Shown: positions 8,197-18,178, counted from the stretch's first letter. The stretch is 60,927 nucleotides of DNA from an uncultured Bradyrhizobium sp. (GCA_902826195.1 CADEDX010000001.1:1-60927), one strand, 5' to 3'. Made by a program: numbers and translations. The notes: generated from the sequence alone by a model not told the origin.

Positions 8197-9495
8197 ATGA
8201 AAATCGTTCGTCTCGAAGCGGAAAACTTCAAGCGGTTGCGCTGCGTCTCGATCAAGCCGGACGGCTCCGTGATCCAGATCACCGGCAAAAACGCGCAAGG
8301 CAAATCGTCCGTGCTGGACGCCATCTATGCGGCGCTCGCCGGCGGCAAGGGCAATGCGCTGCCCGACAAGCCCATCCGGGCGGGCGAGGAAAAGGCGCGC
8401 ATCCGCCTCGAGTTGGGCGATATCGTCGTGACGCGGAAATTCGGCCCCGGCGGCTCGACGCTCGTCGTCGAGACGGCAGCGGGCGCGCGCTTCCCGTCGC
8501 CGCAGCGCTTGCTCGACGACATGATCGGCGCCATCAGCTTTGACCCGCTGCAATTCGTGCAGCTTGATCGGGCCGCGCAATACGACACGTTGCGCAAGCT
8601 CGTGAAGCTCGACGTGGATATCGACGCCCTCAAGGGCCAGAACGCAACCGCCTTCGAGCAGCGCGCGGAGTTGAACCGCGACGCGAAGAAGCTCCGGGCG
8701 CAGGCGGCCGGCATCGTCGTCCCGTCCGGCCTGCCCGAAGATCCTATCGACGTTGCCTCTCTCACCCAGGAGCTTGCCGCGGCCGGCGCGACGAATACCG
8801 AAATCGGGCAGCGGCAGATGCGGCGCGACAAGGCGCGCGAGGAAGCGGAGGCCATGGTCGCGGTCGCGCAAGAGAAGCGCGCGCGGGCGAAGCGCCTCCG
8901 GGCCGAGGCCGACGATCTCGACAAGGCTGCGGCCGAGGATGACGCGACGCGCGACGATCTCACGAAGAAGCTGAATACCGCGCCCGCGCTGCCGCCGCTC
9001 GTGGATACCGCCGCGCTCGTGGAGCGCATCGCCGCCGCCGGCATCGCTAACAAGGGCATCGAGCAGCGCACGCTGCGCGCCCGGCTCGAGGCCGACGCGC
9101 AAGAGAAAGAGGACTGGGCCGAGAGGCTGACCAACGACATGACGGCGCGCGATCTCGCGATGACGCGGGCGATCGAGAAGGCGGAAATGCCGGTGCCCGG
9201 CCTGTCGCTCGGCGATCTCGAAATCACGTTGAACGGCGTGCCGTTCTCGCAGGCGTCGGACGCCGAACGCATCCGGACGTCCGTCGCCATCGCCATGGCG
9301 ACCAACCCGAAGCTGCGCGTGCTGCGCATCAAACACGGCTCCGACTTGGACGAAGATAACCTCGCGATGCTGCAAAGCATGGCCGACGCCGCCGATTATC
9401 AAATCTGGATCGAGCGCGTCGATTCGTCCGGCAAGGTCGGCGTCGTGATGGAGGACGGCGCCGTCAAGGGTGCGCCCGTCGAGAAGAAGGAATAG
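8197..9495 (+). CDS. SMC/Rad50-like AAA ATPase
   Basis: LEAENFKR, Walker A GKNAQGKSS, long coiled coil, signature-like FSQASDAE. Confidence 0.8.
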   Translation: MKIVRLEAENFKRLRCVSIKPDGSVIQITGKNAQGKSSVLDAIYAALAGGKGNALPDKPIRAGEEKARIRLELGDIVVTRKFGPGGSTLVVETAAGARFPSPQRLLDDMIGAISFDPLQFVQLDRAAQYDTLRKLVKLDVDIDALKGQNATAFEQRAELNRDAKKLRAQAAGIVVPSGLPEDPIDVASLTQELAAAGATNTEIGQRQMRRDKAREEAEAMVAVAQEKRARAKRLRAEADDLDKAAAEDDATRDDLTKKLNTAPALPPLVDTAALVERIAAAGIANKGIEQRTLRARLEADAQEKEDWAERLTNDMTARDLAMTRAIEKAEMPVPGLSLGDLEITLNGVPFSQASDAERIRTSVAIAMATNPKLRVLRIKHGSDLDEDNLAMLQSMADAADYQIWIERVDSSGKVGVVMEDGAVKGAPVEKKE

Positions 9496-9499
9496 GACA

Positions 9500-10759
9500 T
9501 TGGCTCCCGCAATCATCGACTGGTCGCCGGCCGTTCGCGAGGATAGCCGCATCATCATTACGCTGGTCGGCAAGAGTTCCAGCGGCAAGACGCTCTCGGC
9601 GCTCTATCTCGCGCGCGGGCTGGTCGGGCCGGCCGGCAAAATCGGCTTGCTCGACACCGAGCACAAGCGGGCGCTCGTCTATGCGAATGACGCCGCCCCG
9701 TGGATACATGGCCCGCTCTCGCCGCCCTTTACGCCCGAGCGCTATGTCGCGTCGATCGAGAGCGCCATCGCCGCCGCCTTCGACTGCCTGATTATCGACA
9801 GCGGCTCGCACGAATGGGAAGGGCTTGGCGGCGTGCTCGATCTCGCCGACGCGACCGGCCAGGAAGGGCTTTTGAAGTGGGCCGGCCCGAAGGCGAAACA
9901 CAAGCGGTTCATGCAAGCCGTCATCAACTGCCCGATCCATCTGATTTTCTGTCTGCGCGCCAAGGAAAAACTCGTGCAGACGAAAGACCCGCAGACCGGC
10001 AAGAAGGTCATCGTGTCGAAGGGCTTTGTCTCGATACAGGACAAGGACTTTATCTACGAGACGACGATCGAGCTTTTCATGCCGAGCCCGGAGGATCGCA
10101 ATCTCATCGGGATTCCGGTGCCGAAGAAACTGCCGAAGGACCTTGAGCCGGCCTTCCCGGCGAACGCGCGGATTTCGATCAAGACGGGCGAGGCAATCCG
10201 CGAATGGCTCGGCCGCGGCAAGGCCGTCGATCCGGCGCAGACGCAGCGCATTTCGGCCGCGCGGCTCGAAGCCGACAAGGGCAGCGCCGCGCTGAAATCC
10301 CATTGGGAAGCGCTGTCGAGAGACGAGAGGAAGGCGCTCGCGATCGAGCTCGACAATCTGAAAAGCATCGCGACGGAAGCGGATCGAGCCGAGGCCGAAC
10401 GCATCGCCACGGCGGCAGCGCTCGCCGCCGAAGCCAAGGCCGACCCGGCCAACATGGATGATCCCTTCGCGGTGCCGCCGAAGCGCGCCGACGACGCCGA
10501 GCCGATGGAGCTCTATGCGGCGGACGGCGAATTGGTCGCGGCCTTCGGTCAGCACGGCCCCTATGCGCAACGCGCCTTCAAGCTTTTCCTCGCGGCGCAA
10601 TCGCTGGCCGACGTTGAAGCGCTGATGCGCGTCAACGCAATCGGGTTCGAGGCGCTGCCGAAAGACCTTCGCGAGTTGATCGCATCCGCCGAGTCCGACG
10701 CGACGGCTCGCATCAAGCGCGCGTCGCGCAGCGCGAAGCCAGCGGACAGGCTCGTATGA
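9500..10759 (+). CDS. Sak4/AAA_24-like recombination ATPase
   Basis: GKSSSGKT, LDTE, IIDSGSHEWEGLGG, IFCLRAK; probable TTG start. Confidence 0.75.
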   Translation: MAPAIIDWSPAVREDSRIIITLVGKSSSGKTLSALYLARGLVGPAGKIGLLDTEHKRALVYANDAAPWIHGPLSPPFTPERYVASIESAIAAAFDCLIIDSGSHEWEGLGGVLDLADATGQEGLLKWAGPKAKHKRFMQAVINCPIHLIFCLRAKEKLVQTKDPQTGKKVIVSKGFVSIQDKDFIYETTIELFMPSPEDRNLIGIPVPKKLPKDLEPAFPANARISIKTGEAIREWLGRGKAVDPAQTQRISAARLEADKGSAALKSHWEALSRDERKALAIELDNLKSIATEADRAEAERIATAAALAAEAKADPANMDDPFAVPPKRADDAEPMELYAADGELVAAFGQHGPYAQRAFKLFLAAQSLADVEALMRVNAIGFEALPKDLRELIASAESDATARIKRASRSAKPADRLV

Positions 10760-10938
10760 ACGCCGCCGCATGGGGCTTCGCGCAATGGATCGTGTTGACG
10801 ATCTTCGCCGTCAAGCTCGCGCAGGATATCTGGCTCGACGGCAAGCCGGTTCGTCCGCGCCGCTACAATCGAATTCACGGCATCGTCGCCGTGATGGTGT
10901 GGCTCGCCCTTCTGCAATGGGGCGGGTTCTTTGACTGA
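10756..10938 (+). CDS. Small two-TM membrane protein
   Basis: Hydrophobic, ends LLQWGGFF; ATGA-coupled. Confidence 0.6.
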   Translation: MNAAAWGFAQWIVLTIFAVKLAQDIWLDGKPVRPRRYNRIHGIVAVMVWLALLQWGGFFD

Positions 10939-10960
10939 CCCACAAACCCAGGAGATAGCT

Positions 10961-12823
10961 ATGTCGATCGAAATGGTTGCCCTTAGCGCGCTCGCCCCGA
11001 GCCCGCTCAATATCCGAGGCCCGGAGGGATACGACGAGGGCGCGTTGAAAGCGCTCGCGGCCAATATCCATCGCTATGGGCTGCTGCAAAACCTTGAGGC
11101 GCACAACGGCGCGAACGGCAAATACATGGTGCATGTCGGCGGGCGCCGGCTCGCCGCGCTGGCGCTGCTGGTCGCGGAGAAGAAGATCGCGCCTGACCAT
11201 CGCGTCCCGGTTCGCATCATCCCCGAGGCCGACGCGAAGGAACGCTCGCTGTCCGAGAATTTCGAGCGGCAGGATATGGAGCCGATCGACGAGGCGATCG
11301 CCTTCGCCGAAATGGCGCAGGGCAGCACGCCCGAGGACGTTGCCGCCGCCTTCGGCGTGAAAGTCCGCTACGTGTTGCAGCGGATGAAGCTCGCGGCGCT
11401 CTCGCCGAAGCTCATCAAGGCGTTGCGCACGGGCGAGCTCGGCCTCGGCGCGGCGGAAGCCTATGCGATGCTGGCGACGAAGGATCAGGAAAAGGCTTTC
11501 AAGATGTTCGGCGACCGCTCGCCGGACTGGCTGCGTCGCGACATGCGGCGGCAGGCTGCCGAAGCGACAGAGGTCCAGTTCACCGAGGCCGAATACATCA
11601 AGGCGGGCGGCGAGCCGCTGCGCGATCTGTTCGTCGCCGGGATCGCGGGCGTGAGCTATCCCGACGCGAAGCTTGTCGCCAAGCTCCAGTTGGAGAAGGT
11701 GACGGCCCGCGCCGAACGCCTCAAGGCCGCAGGCTGGACGCATGTCATCGTCACGAAAGAGGATCGGGAGCTCTACAACGCGCAAAGCCAGGGCAATCGG
11801 CTCTACGGCCAGAACAAACACGACGAGCGCCGGAAGATCGAGGCCGAGCGGTTGGCGGTGAGCCAGAAAGAGCCGCGGACGCCGGAGGACCATGAGGCGA
11901 TCGCGACCCTCACGCGAATGCTCGAAGATCTCGAAAGCGACAGCTTTACGCCGGCGCAGCGCGCGAATTCGGGCGTGATGATCCATATCGGCGCCGGCGG
12001 CAAGGTGACGACGATGTTCGGGCATCGGACGAAGGAACAGATTTCCGCCGCGCGCAAGACGGAGAAGGCCAGCAAGAAAGCGGACACGAAGGGCAAGGCC
12101 GACAAGGCGAAGGCCGAGGGCGGCTATTCAAAGCCGGCCGTGCAGTATCTCGCGGCCCGCATGACGCGCATCATTCAGACGGCCGCGCTCGACGACGCCG
12201 ATTTCTGCGACCGCGTGTTGCTGTTCAAGCTCCTGTCGCGCGACGGCAGCCTCCGCGCGCATCGGCATTGGTCGATGTTCAAGCCGTGGAGCGATCTGGT
12301 CCCCGAGAGCGCGGCGCAGCAGAAATTTCACGCCGCCATCGCTAAGGACATGAAACGGAAATCGCTCTCTTTCTTCGGCGGCGATCCGCACCGCGAGGAT
12401 ATCCTGCCGAAGCTCTGGCCGCTCATTCAGGCAATGCCCGTCGCTGCCGTGCGCGCCGCTACCCGCGCGATGACGCTCGCGGCGTCGGGCGTCGAAAACT
12501 ACGCCGACAATTACGACGAGCCTTTCGCCGAATATCTGGCCGCGTTCGTCGCGAAGCCGACGTGGCGCCCGGATGCGCGCTTCCTCGACATGCTGTCGAA
12601 GAAGCAAATTCTCGACGCGCTCCGCGAGTGCGGCTTGAAGCCCGAGACGATCGCGCGCACCGGGAGCCAGGCGAAGGAGGGCATCGTGGCAACCGCCGTG
12701 ACGATGTTCTCCAATCCGGCGAGGGCCGGCATTTTCGAGGTGCCGACGCAACAGAAGCTCTTGAATTGGCTGCCGAAGCCGATGCGCCAGCATGGCGCGA
12801 AGCCTAAGAAAAAGGGGAAATAG
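10961..12823 (+). CDS. parB: Long ParB/RepB/Spo0J-family protein
   Basis: SPLNIR, GLLQNL, VGGRRLAAL, SLSENFER..PIDEA, HTH; GGAG RBS. Confidence 0.85.
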   Translation: MSIEMVALSALAPSPLNIRGPEGYDEGALKALAANIHRYGLLQNLEAHNGANGKYMVHVGGRRLAALALLVAEKKIAPDHRVPVRIIPEADAKERSLSENFERQDMEPIDEAIAFAEMAQGSTPEDVAAAFGVKVRYVLQRMKLAALSPKLIKALRTGELGLGAAEAYAMLATKDQEKAFKMFGDRSPDWLRRDMRRQAAEATEVQFTEAEYIKAGGEPLRDLFVAGIAGVSYPDAKLVAKLQLEKVTARAERLKAAGWTHVIVTKEDRELYNAQSQGNRLYGQNKHDERRKIEAERLAVSQKEPRTPEDHEAIATLTRMLEDLESDSFTPAQRANSGVMIHIGAGGKVTTMFGHRTKEQISAARKTEKASKKADTKGKADKAKAEGGYSKPAVQYLAARMTRIIQTAALDDADFCDRVLLFKLLSRDGSLRAHRHWSMFKPWSDLVPESAAQQKFHAAIAKDMKRKSLSFFGGDPHREDILPKLWPLIQAMPVAAVRAATRAMTLAASGVENYADNYDEPFAEYLAAFVAKPTWRPDARFLDMLSKKQILDALRECGLKPETIARTGSQAKEGIVATAVTMFSNPARAGIFEVPTQQKLLNWLPKPMRQHGAKPKKKGK

Positions 12824-12825
12824 AC

Positions 12826-13110
12826 ATGAGCCACGGCGTCCCGATCACGCAGGAAGATTATTTTCAGACGATGATGCAGATGGCCGCGATCATCCCCATC
12901 GTCCGTCATATGCCGCTCGAGAAGATGCGCGAGGCGCAGGCCCGCGCGGACGCCGTTGGCTGGTTTCTCGATCCCACGTCGGCCATGCGCAACTCGGTCA
13001 AATTCGAGCAGGACGTGGAGCTAACCGAAGCGTTCCGCTCGCTGCAACGCGCGATCGAAAAGCTCGACGCGATCGTCGCGAGCGAGCGCGCCCGCAGGGG
13101 GATCGCATGA
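12826..13110 (+). CDS. Hypothetical protein
   Basis: Tightly packed ORF in the operon. Confidence 0.65.
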   Translation: MSHGVPITQEDYFQTMMQMAAIIPIVRHMPLEKMREAQARADAVGWFLDPTSAMRNSVKFEQDVELTEAFRSLQRAIEKLDAIVASERARRGIA

Positions 13111-14762
13111 CCCGGCAATTCCTGAAATGGCCCGAGGGCGTGCGCGAAGGGCATATCGCGGTCACGGGCAAGACGGGCAGCGGCAAGACCTACACCGCGC
13201 GCACGATGGTTGAAGGCTTGCTCGACGACCGCGCGCGCGTCTGCGTGATCGACCCGACCGGCGTATGGTGGGGCTTGAAGTCAACCGCAGACGGGCAGGC
13301 GCCCGGCTTCCCGGTCGCTATCTTCGGCGGCAACCATGCGGACGTGCCGATAACCGACAAGCAAGGCGCGAAGCTCGGCGAGATCGTCGGGACGTCCGAT
13401 CTGCAATGCGTGATCGACGTGAGCGAGTTCACCATGGGCGAGCGCCGCCGTTTCATGGTCGGCTTCACCGAGGCGCTCTATCAGCACAACCGCGCGACGC
13501 TGTTCCTGATCTTGGACGAAGCGGACGAATTCGCGCCGCAGCGGCCAATGCCCGATCAAACGCTGATGCTCCACCGGATCGACCAAATCGTGAGGCGCGG
13601 TCGGTCGCGCGGGTTCCGCGTCACGATGATTACGCAGCGGCCGGCGGTTCTCTCGAAAGACGTGTTGAGCCAAGCCGCGACGCTGATCGCGATGAAGTTG
13701 ACCGCGCCGCAGGATCGCAAGGCGCTCGGCGCGTGGGTCGAGGGTCAGGCCGACGCCGTGCGCTGGAAAGAAATCCAAGCCGAGCTTCCGCGCCTCAAGG
13801 TCGGCGAGGGGTTCCTGTGGTTCCCCGAGGGCGACATTCTGGCGCGCTACAAGTTCCCGAGCATTTCGACATTCGACAGCGGTCGGACGCCGAAGGCTGG
13901 CGAGCGCCAGCGCGGGGCGGTGCGCGTGGCGGACGTCGATCTTGCGACGATCCGCGCGGCGCTCTCGGCCGTGGTCGATAAGCCTAAGGTCGGCGCCGTC
14001 GCCGGCGGCGTCGCGGAAGCCCAGGTGCGGGCGCGCGAGCAGGCCGCGCACGCGGACGGGCGCGCGCAAGGGCGCACCGAGCTTGCCCTTGAGATCGGGC
14101 CGCATATCGACGCGATCTTTTCGGCGCTGATTGCCGCGGGCGTCTCGCGCAAGCCAGCCGTTTCGGTCGGCTTCGATACGACGCAGCCGCGTGCAAGGCT
14201 GGCGGCGGCGCTCGAAACGGCGCTATCGCCCGCGCCAGCGCCCAAGCGCGCCGCGCCCGCGCGCTCGCTCGGCAACGGCATCCATCCCGCCGCCGAGCGG
14301 ATGATCCGCGCCCTTGCCCGGCAATCGCCGCCGCCGGCACCGTTGCCGGACGTGGCCCCATTCTTCGCGTGGGAAGAAATCGCGATGCTCGCCGGCATGG
14401 TGCCGGGCAATGGCTTCTACTATCACGGCCGCAAGGAATTGCTGGCGCGCGAATGGGTCGCCGGCGACGACCGCGTGACGATCACGCCCGCCGGCCGGGA
14501 GGCATCGCGCACCGAATACGCGCCGATGCTGCCGGGCGATATCGTCGAGCTATGGCGCGCGAAGCTCGCGCCGCCCTCGGCCGACATGCTCGGCGCGATC
14601 TTCGGCATGGCGGGCGAAGGAATCTCCGTCGCCGCGCTCGCCGAGACGATCGGCCGCAAGCCCGGCAATGGCTTCTGGTATGCCGGCCTCAAGCGGTTGC
14701 GCGCGGCCGGGCTGATCGCGCAACAGGGCGACAGGATCACAGTCACGGAGTTGCTGCGATGA
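13107..14762 (+). CDS. HerA/DUF87-like ATPase with two C-terminal winged-helix repeats
   Basis: GKTGSGKT, VIDPTG, LDEADEFAP, RRGRSRG, ITQRPA; repeated PGNGFYY/PGNGFWY. Confidence 0.8.
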   Translation: MTRQFLKWPEGVREGHIAVTGKTGSGKTYTARTMVEGLLDDRARVCVIDPTGVWWGLKSTADGQAPGFPVAIFGGNHADVPITDKQGAKLGEIVGTSDLQCVIDVSEFTMGERRRFMVGFTEALYQHNRATLFLILDEADEFAPQRPMPDQTLMLHRIDQIVRRGRSRGFRVTMITQRPAVLSKDVLSQAATLIAMKLTAPQDRKALGAWVEGQADAVRWKEIQAELPRLKVGEGFLWFPEGDILARYKFPSISTFDSGRTPKAGERQRGAVRVADVDLATIRAALSAVVDKPKVGAVAGGVAEAQVRAREQAAHADGRAQGRTELALEIGPHIDAIFSALIAAGVSRKPAVSVGFDTTQPRARLAAALETALSPAPAPKRAAPARSLGNGIHPAAERMIRALARQSPPPAPLPDVAPFFAWEEIAMLAGMVPGNGFYYHGRKELLAREWVAGDDRVTITPAGREASRTEYAPMLPGDIVELWRAKLAPPSADMLGAIFGMAGEGISVAALAETIGRKPGNGFWYAGLKRLRAAGLIAQQGDRITVTELLR

Positions 14763-15043
14763 TCCTCACGAGACAGCAGTTGCAGGCGGCGCGTTCGCAG
14801 ATCAATGAAATCGAAGCGCTCGAATCCAAGTTGCGCGCGACTCGCGAGCTTCGTATCGCCGTGACGCGCAAGGTCACGCTCGGACCATGGACGACGGAGC
14901 TTCATTTCCACGACGAACATTCGCAGCCGCGTCGCGTCTCTTTTACGATCACACGCGACGACGTTCAGGCGCGCCTCGCTGACTTGGAGGCGCAATATTC
15001 GCGGCGGCTCAATCAGATCGGCGGCGACACAGAGGGAGGATGA
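14759..15043 (+). CDS. Hypothetical protein
   Basis: ATGA-coupled, MILTRQQLQ.. Confidence 0.6.
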   Translation: MILTRQQLQAARSQINEIEALESKLRATRELRIAVTRKVTLGPWTTELHFHDEHSQPRRVSFTITRDDVQARLADLEAQYSRRLNQIGGDTEGG

Positions 15044-15044
15044 C

Positions 15045-15554
15045 ATGAGACTCGAAGACGTGAGGGTCGGAACGGTGCTGGTTGCGGACGGTAGCTTTAC
15101 ATGCTTGCCGCCGCGCGCGCGGCGCATCGTGCAGATCGACGACAAGGCAGGCCCGTTCATCGAGTGCGCGGACGGTAAGCATTTTCTCGACGGGCAGACG
15201 GATGGCGCCGACAAGCTTGTCGGCTTGAAGCCATCCATATCGGTGCGCGCCGTGTGGAAAGAGCTCATCCCGATTCGCGACATTCAGACCGTGCGGCTGC
15301 CGCCGGGTGCTGAAATCCTCTCGGTCGCGGCGCAGGGTCACGCCATCGTCACGGACGATCGACGCTTTCCGCTGTTGTCGCTGTGGTTCCGGTGCGATCC
15401 GGACACGCCGACGCCGACCGCGCCGCGCCGTATTCAGATTTGCGGGACGGGCCATCCGACCGCGCCCGACGACACCGAAGCGACGTTCATCGGGACCGTG
15501 ATCCTCGACGAAGGCAAGCTCGTGTTTCATGTCTTCGAGCGCACCGCGCCATGA
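15045..15554 (+). CDS. Hypothetical protein (two small phage domains fused)
   Basis: GGAGG RBS; N-terminal VADGSFTC; C-terminal LPPGAEILSV..GTGH..FIGTV..LVFHVFE. Confidence 0.7.
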   Translation: MRLEDVRVGTVLVADGSFTCLPPRARRIVQIDDKAGPFIECADGKHFLDGQTDGADKLVGLKPSISVRAVWKELIPIRDIQTVRLPPGAEILSVAAQGHAIVTDDRRFPLLSLWFRCDPDTPTPTAPRRIQICGTGHPTAPDDTEATFIGTVILDEGKLVFHVFERTAP

Positions 15555-15841
15555 CGATGACGGCCGAAGCGGCGCGCCTGAACGCGGACGCGATCAAGCG
15601 CATCATCGCGCAAGCGGAGCGCGAGGGGCGCTGGATATTTTGCCGGTGGCGCGCGATGTGGTTCGAGCCGGACGTGCTATCGCAATTGCTTGGTGACGGC
15701 CGCGGCGGGCTTGCGCTGCTGCCGGCATATTGGTTCGAGCTACGCGACGAAGCGGAATATATCTTCGGCGTCAGGGACCTCGCGGATCGCGCCGTAGCGG
15801 ACTATCTCGACGCCATCTTGCGGGTCGAGAGCGGAACATAA
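15551..15841 (+). CDS. Hypothetical protein
   Basis: ATGA-coupled. Confidence 0.55.
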   Translation: MTMTAEAARLNADAIKRIIAQAEREGRWIFCRWRAMWFEPDVLSQLLGDGRGGLALLPAYWFELRDEAEYIFGVRDLADRAVADYLDAILRVESGT

Positions 15842-15860
15842 ACGAGGGAGCAAGGGAGCG

Positions 15861-16169
15861 ATGGCTAAGATGATCGTGATGATACCGGGCGAGCCGACGA
15901 CGACGCGGGACTGCCCGGACGTGCTGCGCAGCTTCGACATTTTTCACGAATGGTTGCCGGTCGGATACGTCGAGCGCGTGATCGTGCTGCACGAGGGCAA
16001 GCGGCAAAATATGTTCGTGCATGAGGAAGGCGCGCTCGTCGGCCTGCCCGAGAACCCGGCGGCGACAGAGATATATCACGCGGCGACAAAGGCGCGCGGC
16101 CATTCGACGGCGGGCGCGCCGAAGATCTATGGGCCGGCGCTTCTCTGCGTCGGGGCGGTGCTGCAATGA
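15861..16169 (+). CDS. DUF3846-like protein
   Basis: VGYVERV..MFVHEEG..LPENPAAT..IYGPALL. Confidence 0.65.
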   Translation: MAKMIVMIPGEPTTTRDCPDVLRSFDIFHEWLPVGYVERVIVLHEGKRQNMFVHEEGALVGLPENPAATEIYHAATKARGHSTAGAPKIYGPALLCVGAVLQ

Positions 16170-16396
16170 ACCGCTCGGTGTTTCCCGTGGTCGATCGCGA
16201 GGAAGTGGATGGCGTTCACGCGATGGACGACGCCACGCTCCGCACGCAGCCGAATGACAAGCTCGTCGCGCTCCTGGCCGACGCGCATCATGCGGCGCTA
16301 TCGCATCGCGACCCTCGAGTCCGCGTTTTTTATGAGAGCGTATCGCGGCGCCTGTTCGATGAAGCCTTGCGGCGGATGGCGGCGGGGGCGGCATGA
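16166..16396 (+). CDS. Hypothetical protein
   Basis: ATGA coupling on both sides. Confidence 0.55.
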   Translation: MNRSVFPVVDREEVDGVHAMDDATLRTQPNDKLVALLADAHHAALSHRDPRVRVFYESVSRRLFDEALRRMAAGAA

Positions 16397-16917
16397 TCTG
16401 GGTCGTCGCCGTGGCCGCTCTCACGCTCGCCGTGGGCGCGCCCTACTTTTATCGGGAGGTCGCGCCCGCTTCCTTCGGCGACTGGCTTTTCTGCGGCTTG
16501 CTCGTCAGCGCCTTTGTCATGGCCGGCGGCGTGCTGGCGTCGGTTGCCGCTATCACGGTCGGTTTCGGTTTCGAGTGCCGCCCGGTCAAAACAGCGGAGC
16601 GACAGCTTGCCGCGATCCGCGACAAAGACGTAGCGGGCGGATCGTTTTTCTTGGGGACCGGCTCGATCCGTAACGACACGTATTATTTTTACTATGCGAT
16701 CGAGAATGACGGCGCGCTCGTGCCGGGCCGGGTCAATGCCGCCGGTCGCGGCGTTCGCATCTATGAGGAAGGTCGCAGCGACGCGGTGTTGCAGACGTTC
16801 AAGGGCGAGCCGGTGTCCGCAATCGCGTGGCTCCTTTCGCTCCCGCTGTGCCTCGATCAAAGGACCCACAGCTTTCGCGTCCCGCGCGGCACCGTGCGGG
16901 CCGGCTATTCGATGTAG
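16393..16917 (+). CDS. Membrane protein
   Basis: Two TM segments, then GSFFLGTG..YYFYY..FRVPRGTV. Confidence 0.7.
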   Translation: MIWVVAVAALTLAVGAPYFYREVAPASFGDWLFCGLLVSAFVMAGGVLASVAAITVGFGFECRPVKTAERQLAAIRDKDVAGGSFFLGTGSIRNDTYYFYYAIENDGALVPGRVNAAGRGVRIYEEGRSDAVLQTFKGEPVSAIAWLLSLPLCLDQRTHSFRVPRGTVRAGYSM

Positions 16918-16926
16918 AGGGCGACG

Positions 16927-17232
16927 ATGAAACCGATTCGATTCCCCGGCTTCGATATCGTGCTAGGCGCGCCGAAAGATTGGAATGAAGCGCGCCTCGG
17001 ACCTTGCGCCGGCCTGCCGGTGCGGCGCACGCGCAACGGCCTGTGTCAGTCGGTCTGGAAGCCGACGTTGCGCGAGCGCCTTCGATTCCTGTTCGGCGGC
17101 AAGATCATCCTGTCGGTCCATAGCGGTCGATCGCAACCGCCCGTCTCGCTCGCGGTCGGGTTCATCCCGGAAGCTCGCCGCAAGGGATATGAGCAGGAGC
17201 GGCCGATGCGCAACGTCGAGACAAAGATATGA
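16927..17232 (+). CDS. Conserved phage hypothetical protein
   Basis: MKPIRF..LGAPKDW..CAGLPV..SVWKPTLRER..QPPV. Confidence 0.7.
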   Translation: MKPIRFPGFDIVLGAPKDWNEARLGPCAGLPVRRTRNGLCQSVWKPTLRERLRFLFGGKIILSVHSGRSQPPVSLAVGFIPEARRKGYEQERPMRNVETKI

Positions 17233-17618
17233 AGCTCTCGCCTTGCCCGTGGTGCGCCCTGCCGCCGCGCGCGCGGCCGAGCGAGGTCGCCTGCGAGAAT
17301 CCCGCCTGTCCGGTCGGCCCGCGCGTCAAGCGCCAGCACGCGAGCGGACCCGACGCGCTCGCGCTCTGGAACCGTCGCGCGCCGGCCGCGAACAAGATCG
17401 CGCTCGAGATCAATGAGGAAGACGGCACCGTCGCGCGCGTCGTCACCGAGGCGCCGGCCGAGGTCTATTTCGTCTGCGATTTCGTGCCGGCCGATCGTAT
17501 CTATCTTCTCGGCTCGACGCATATCACGGGGCCAGGAGCGGTCGAGAGGATCATCGGCGGCTCGCCGGTCGGCCACTATCACGACGGAGCTATCCACGGG
17601 CTAGGGAGGAAACATTGA
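17229..17618 (+). CDS. Lar-like (restriction alleviation) zinc-finger protein
   Basis: MKLSPCPWC..C....C..ALWNRR. Confidence 0.6.
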   Translation: MKLSPCPWCALPPRARPSEVACENPACPVGPRVKRQHASGPDALALWNRRAPAANKIALEINEEDGTVARVVTEAPAEVYFVCDFVPADRIYLLGSTHITGPGAVERIIGGSPVGHYHDGAIHGLGRKH

Positions 17619-17619
17619 C

Positions 17620-18174
17620 ATGGACACGAACGCGCTACAGCGGATTCTCGTTGCAGCTTGCCGGCTCTACCGTAAGGGCGAGGCGCGCACGGAGCGGGAA
17701 AGCGAAAACGTCCGCGTTGTCGAATTCTTCGACATGCCACACGTCAGCGAGGCGCCCAAGCATCTGCGCATGATCGACGTTCATTTCTATGTCGTCGGCG
17801 TCGATATGGCGGAAGCGGAGCGGCTGCGTGGTGCGCTAGAGAGCTGGCTTGCGACATACCCTCACCCGTCGCGCCTGCGGGCCGGGCCATCTTATATCGA
17901 AATCGGCGGCGCTATCGGCGATCAGGGCATGGCGTTGACGCTGTTCGCGCTCGGCGAAGCGCTCGACCTATGGCGCGTGATGAAGCCGAGCGATCTCGGG
18001 CTTTCATCCGACGCGGCCGACCGCGCGGCCGGCCTGGGTTATGTCTTCTGCGTCCCCAAGGGCGCACCGTCCAGCGTGTTCCCGGCCGGCGAGTCTAGCG
18101 ATCAGCGCGACGAGCGAGAGCGCACGCAGGCGGAGGAAGCGGAGAAGTCCGCCGCCGGCGCGACGGAGGAATAA
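17620..18174 (+). CDS. Hypothetical protein
   Basis: GGAGG RBS; VHFYVVG..GPSYIEIGG..GDQG. Confidence 0.7.
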   Translation: MDTNALQRILVAACRLYRKGEARTERESENVRVVEFFDMPHVSEAPKHLRMIDVHFYVVGVDMAEAERLRGALESWLATYPHPSRLRAGPSYIEIGGAIGDQGMALTLFALGEALDLWRVMKPSDLGLSSDAADRAAGLGYVFCVPKGAPSSVFPAGESSDQRDERERTQAEEAEKSAAGATEE

Positions 18175-18178
18175 CCGA

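Noticed and set aside
7192-9588. 798-aa minus-strand ORF (similarly 29184-30776 +, 36227-37927 +, 52477-53943 -, 48233-49492 +)
   Set aside because: Antisense shadows of well-supported genes in high-GC DNA; no motifs
12792-13106. ORF-track extensions of the HerA-like, tail fibre (to 28110), clamp-like (from 52489) and XRE (to 5985) genes
   Set aside because: They overlap real upstream genes or regulatory RNA; coupled or RBS-supported internal starts fit better
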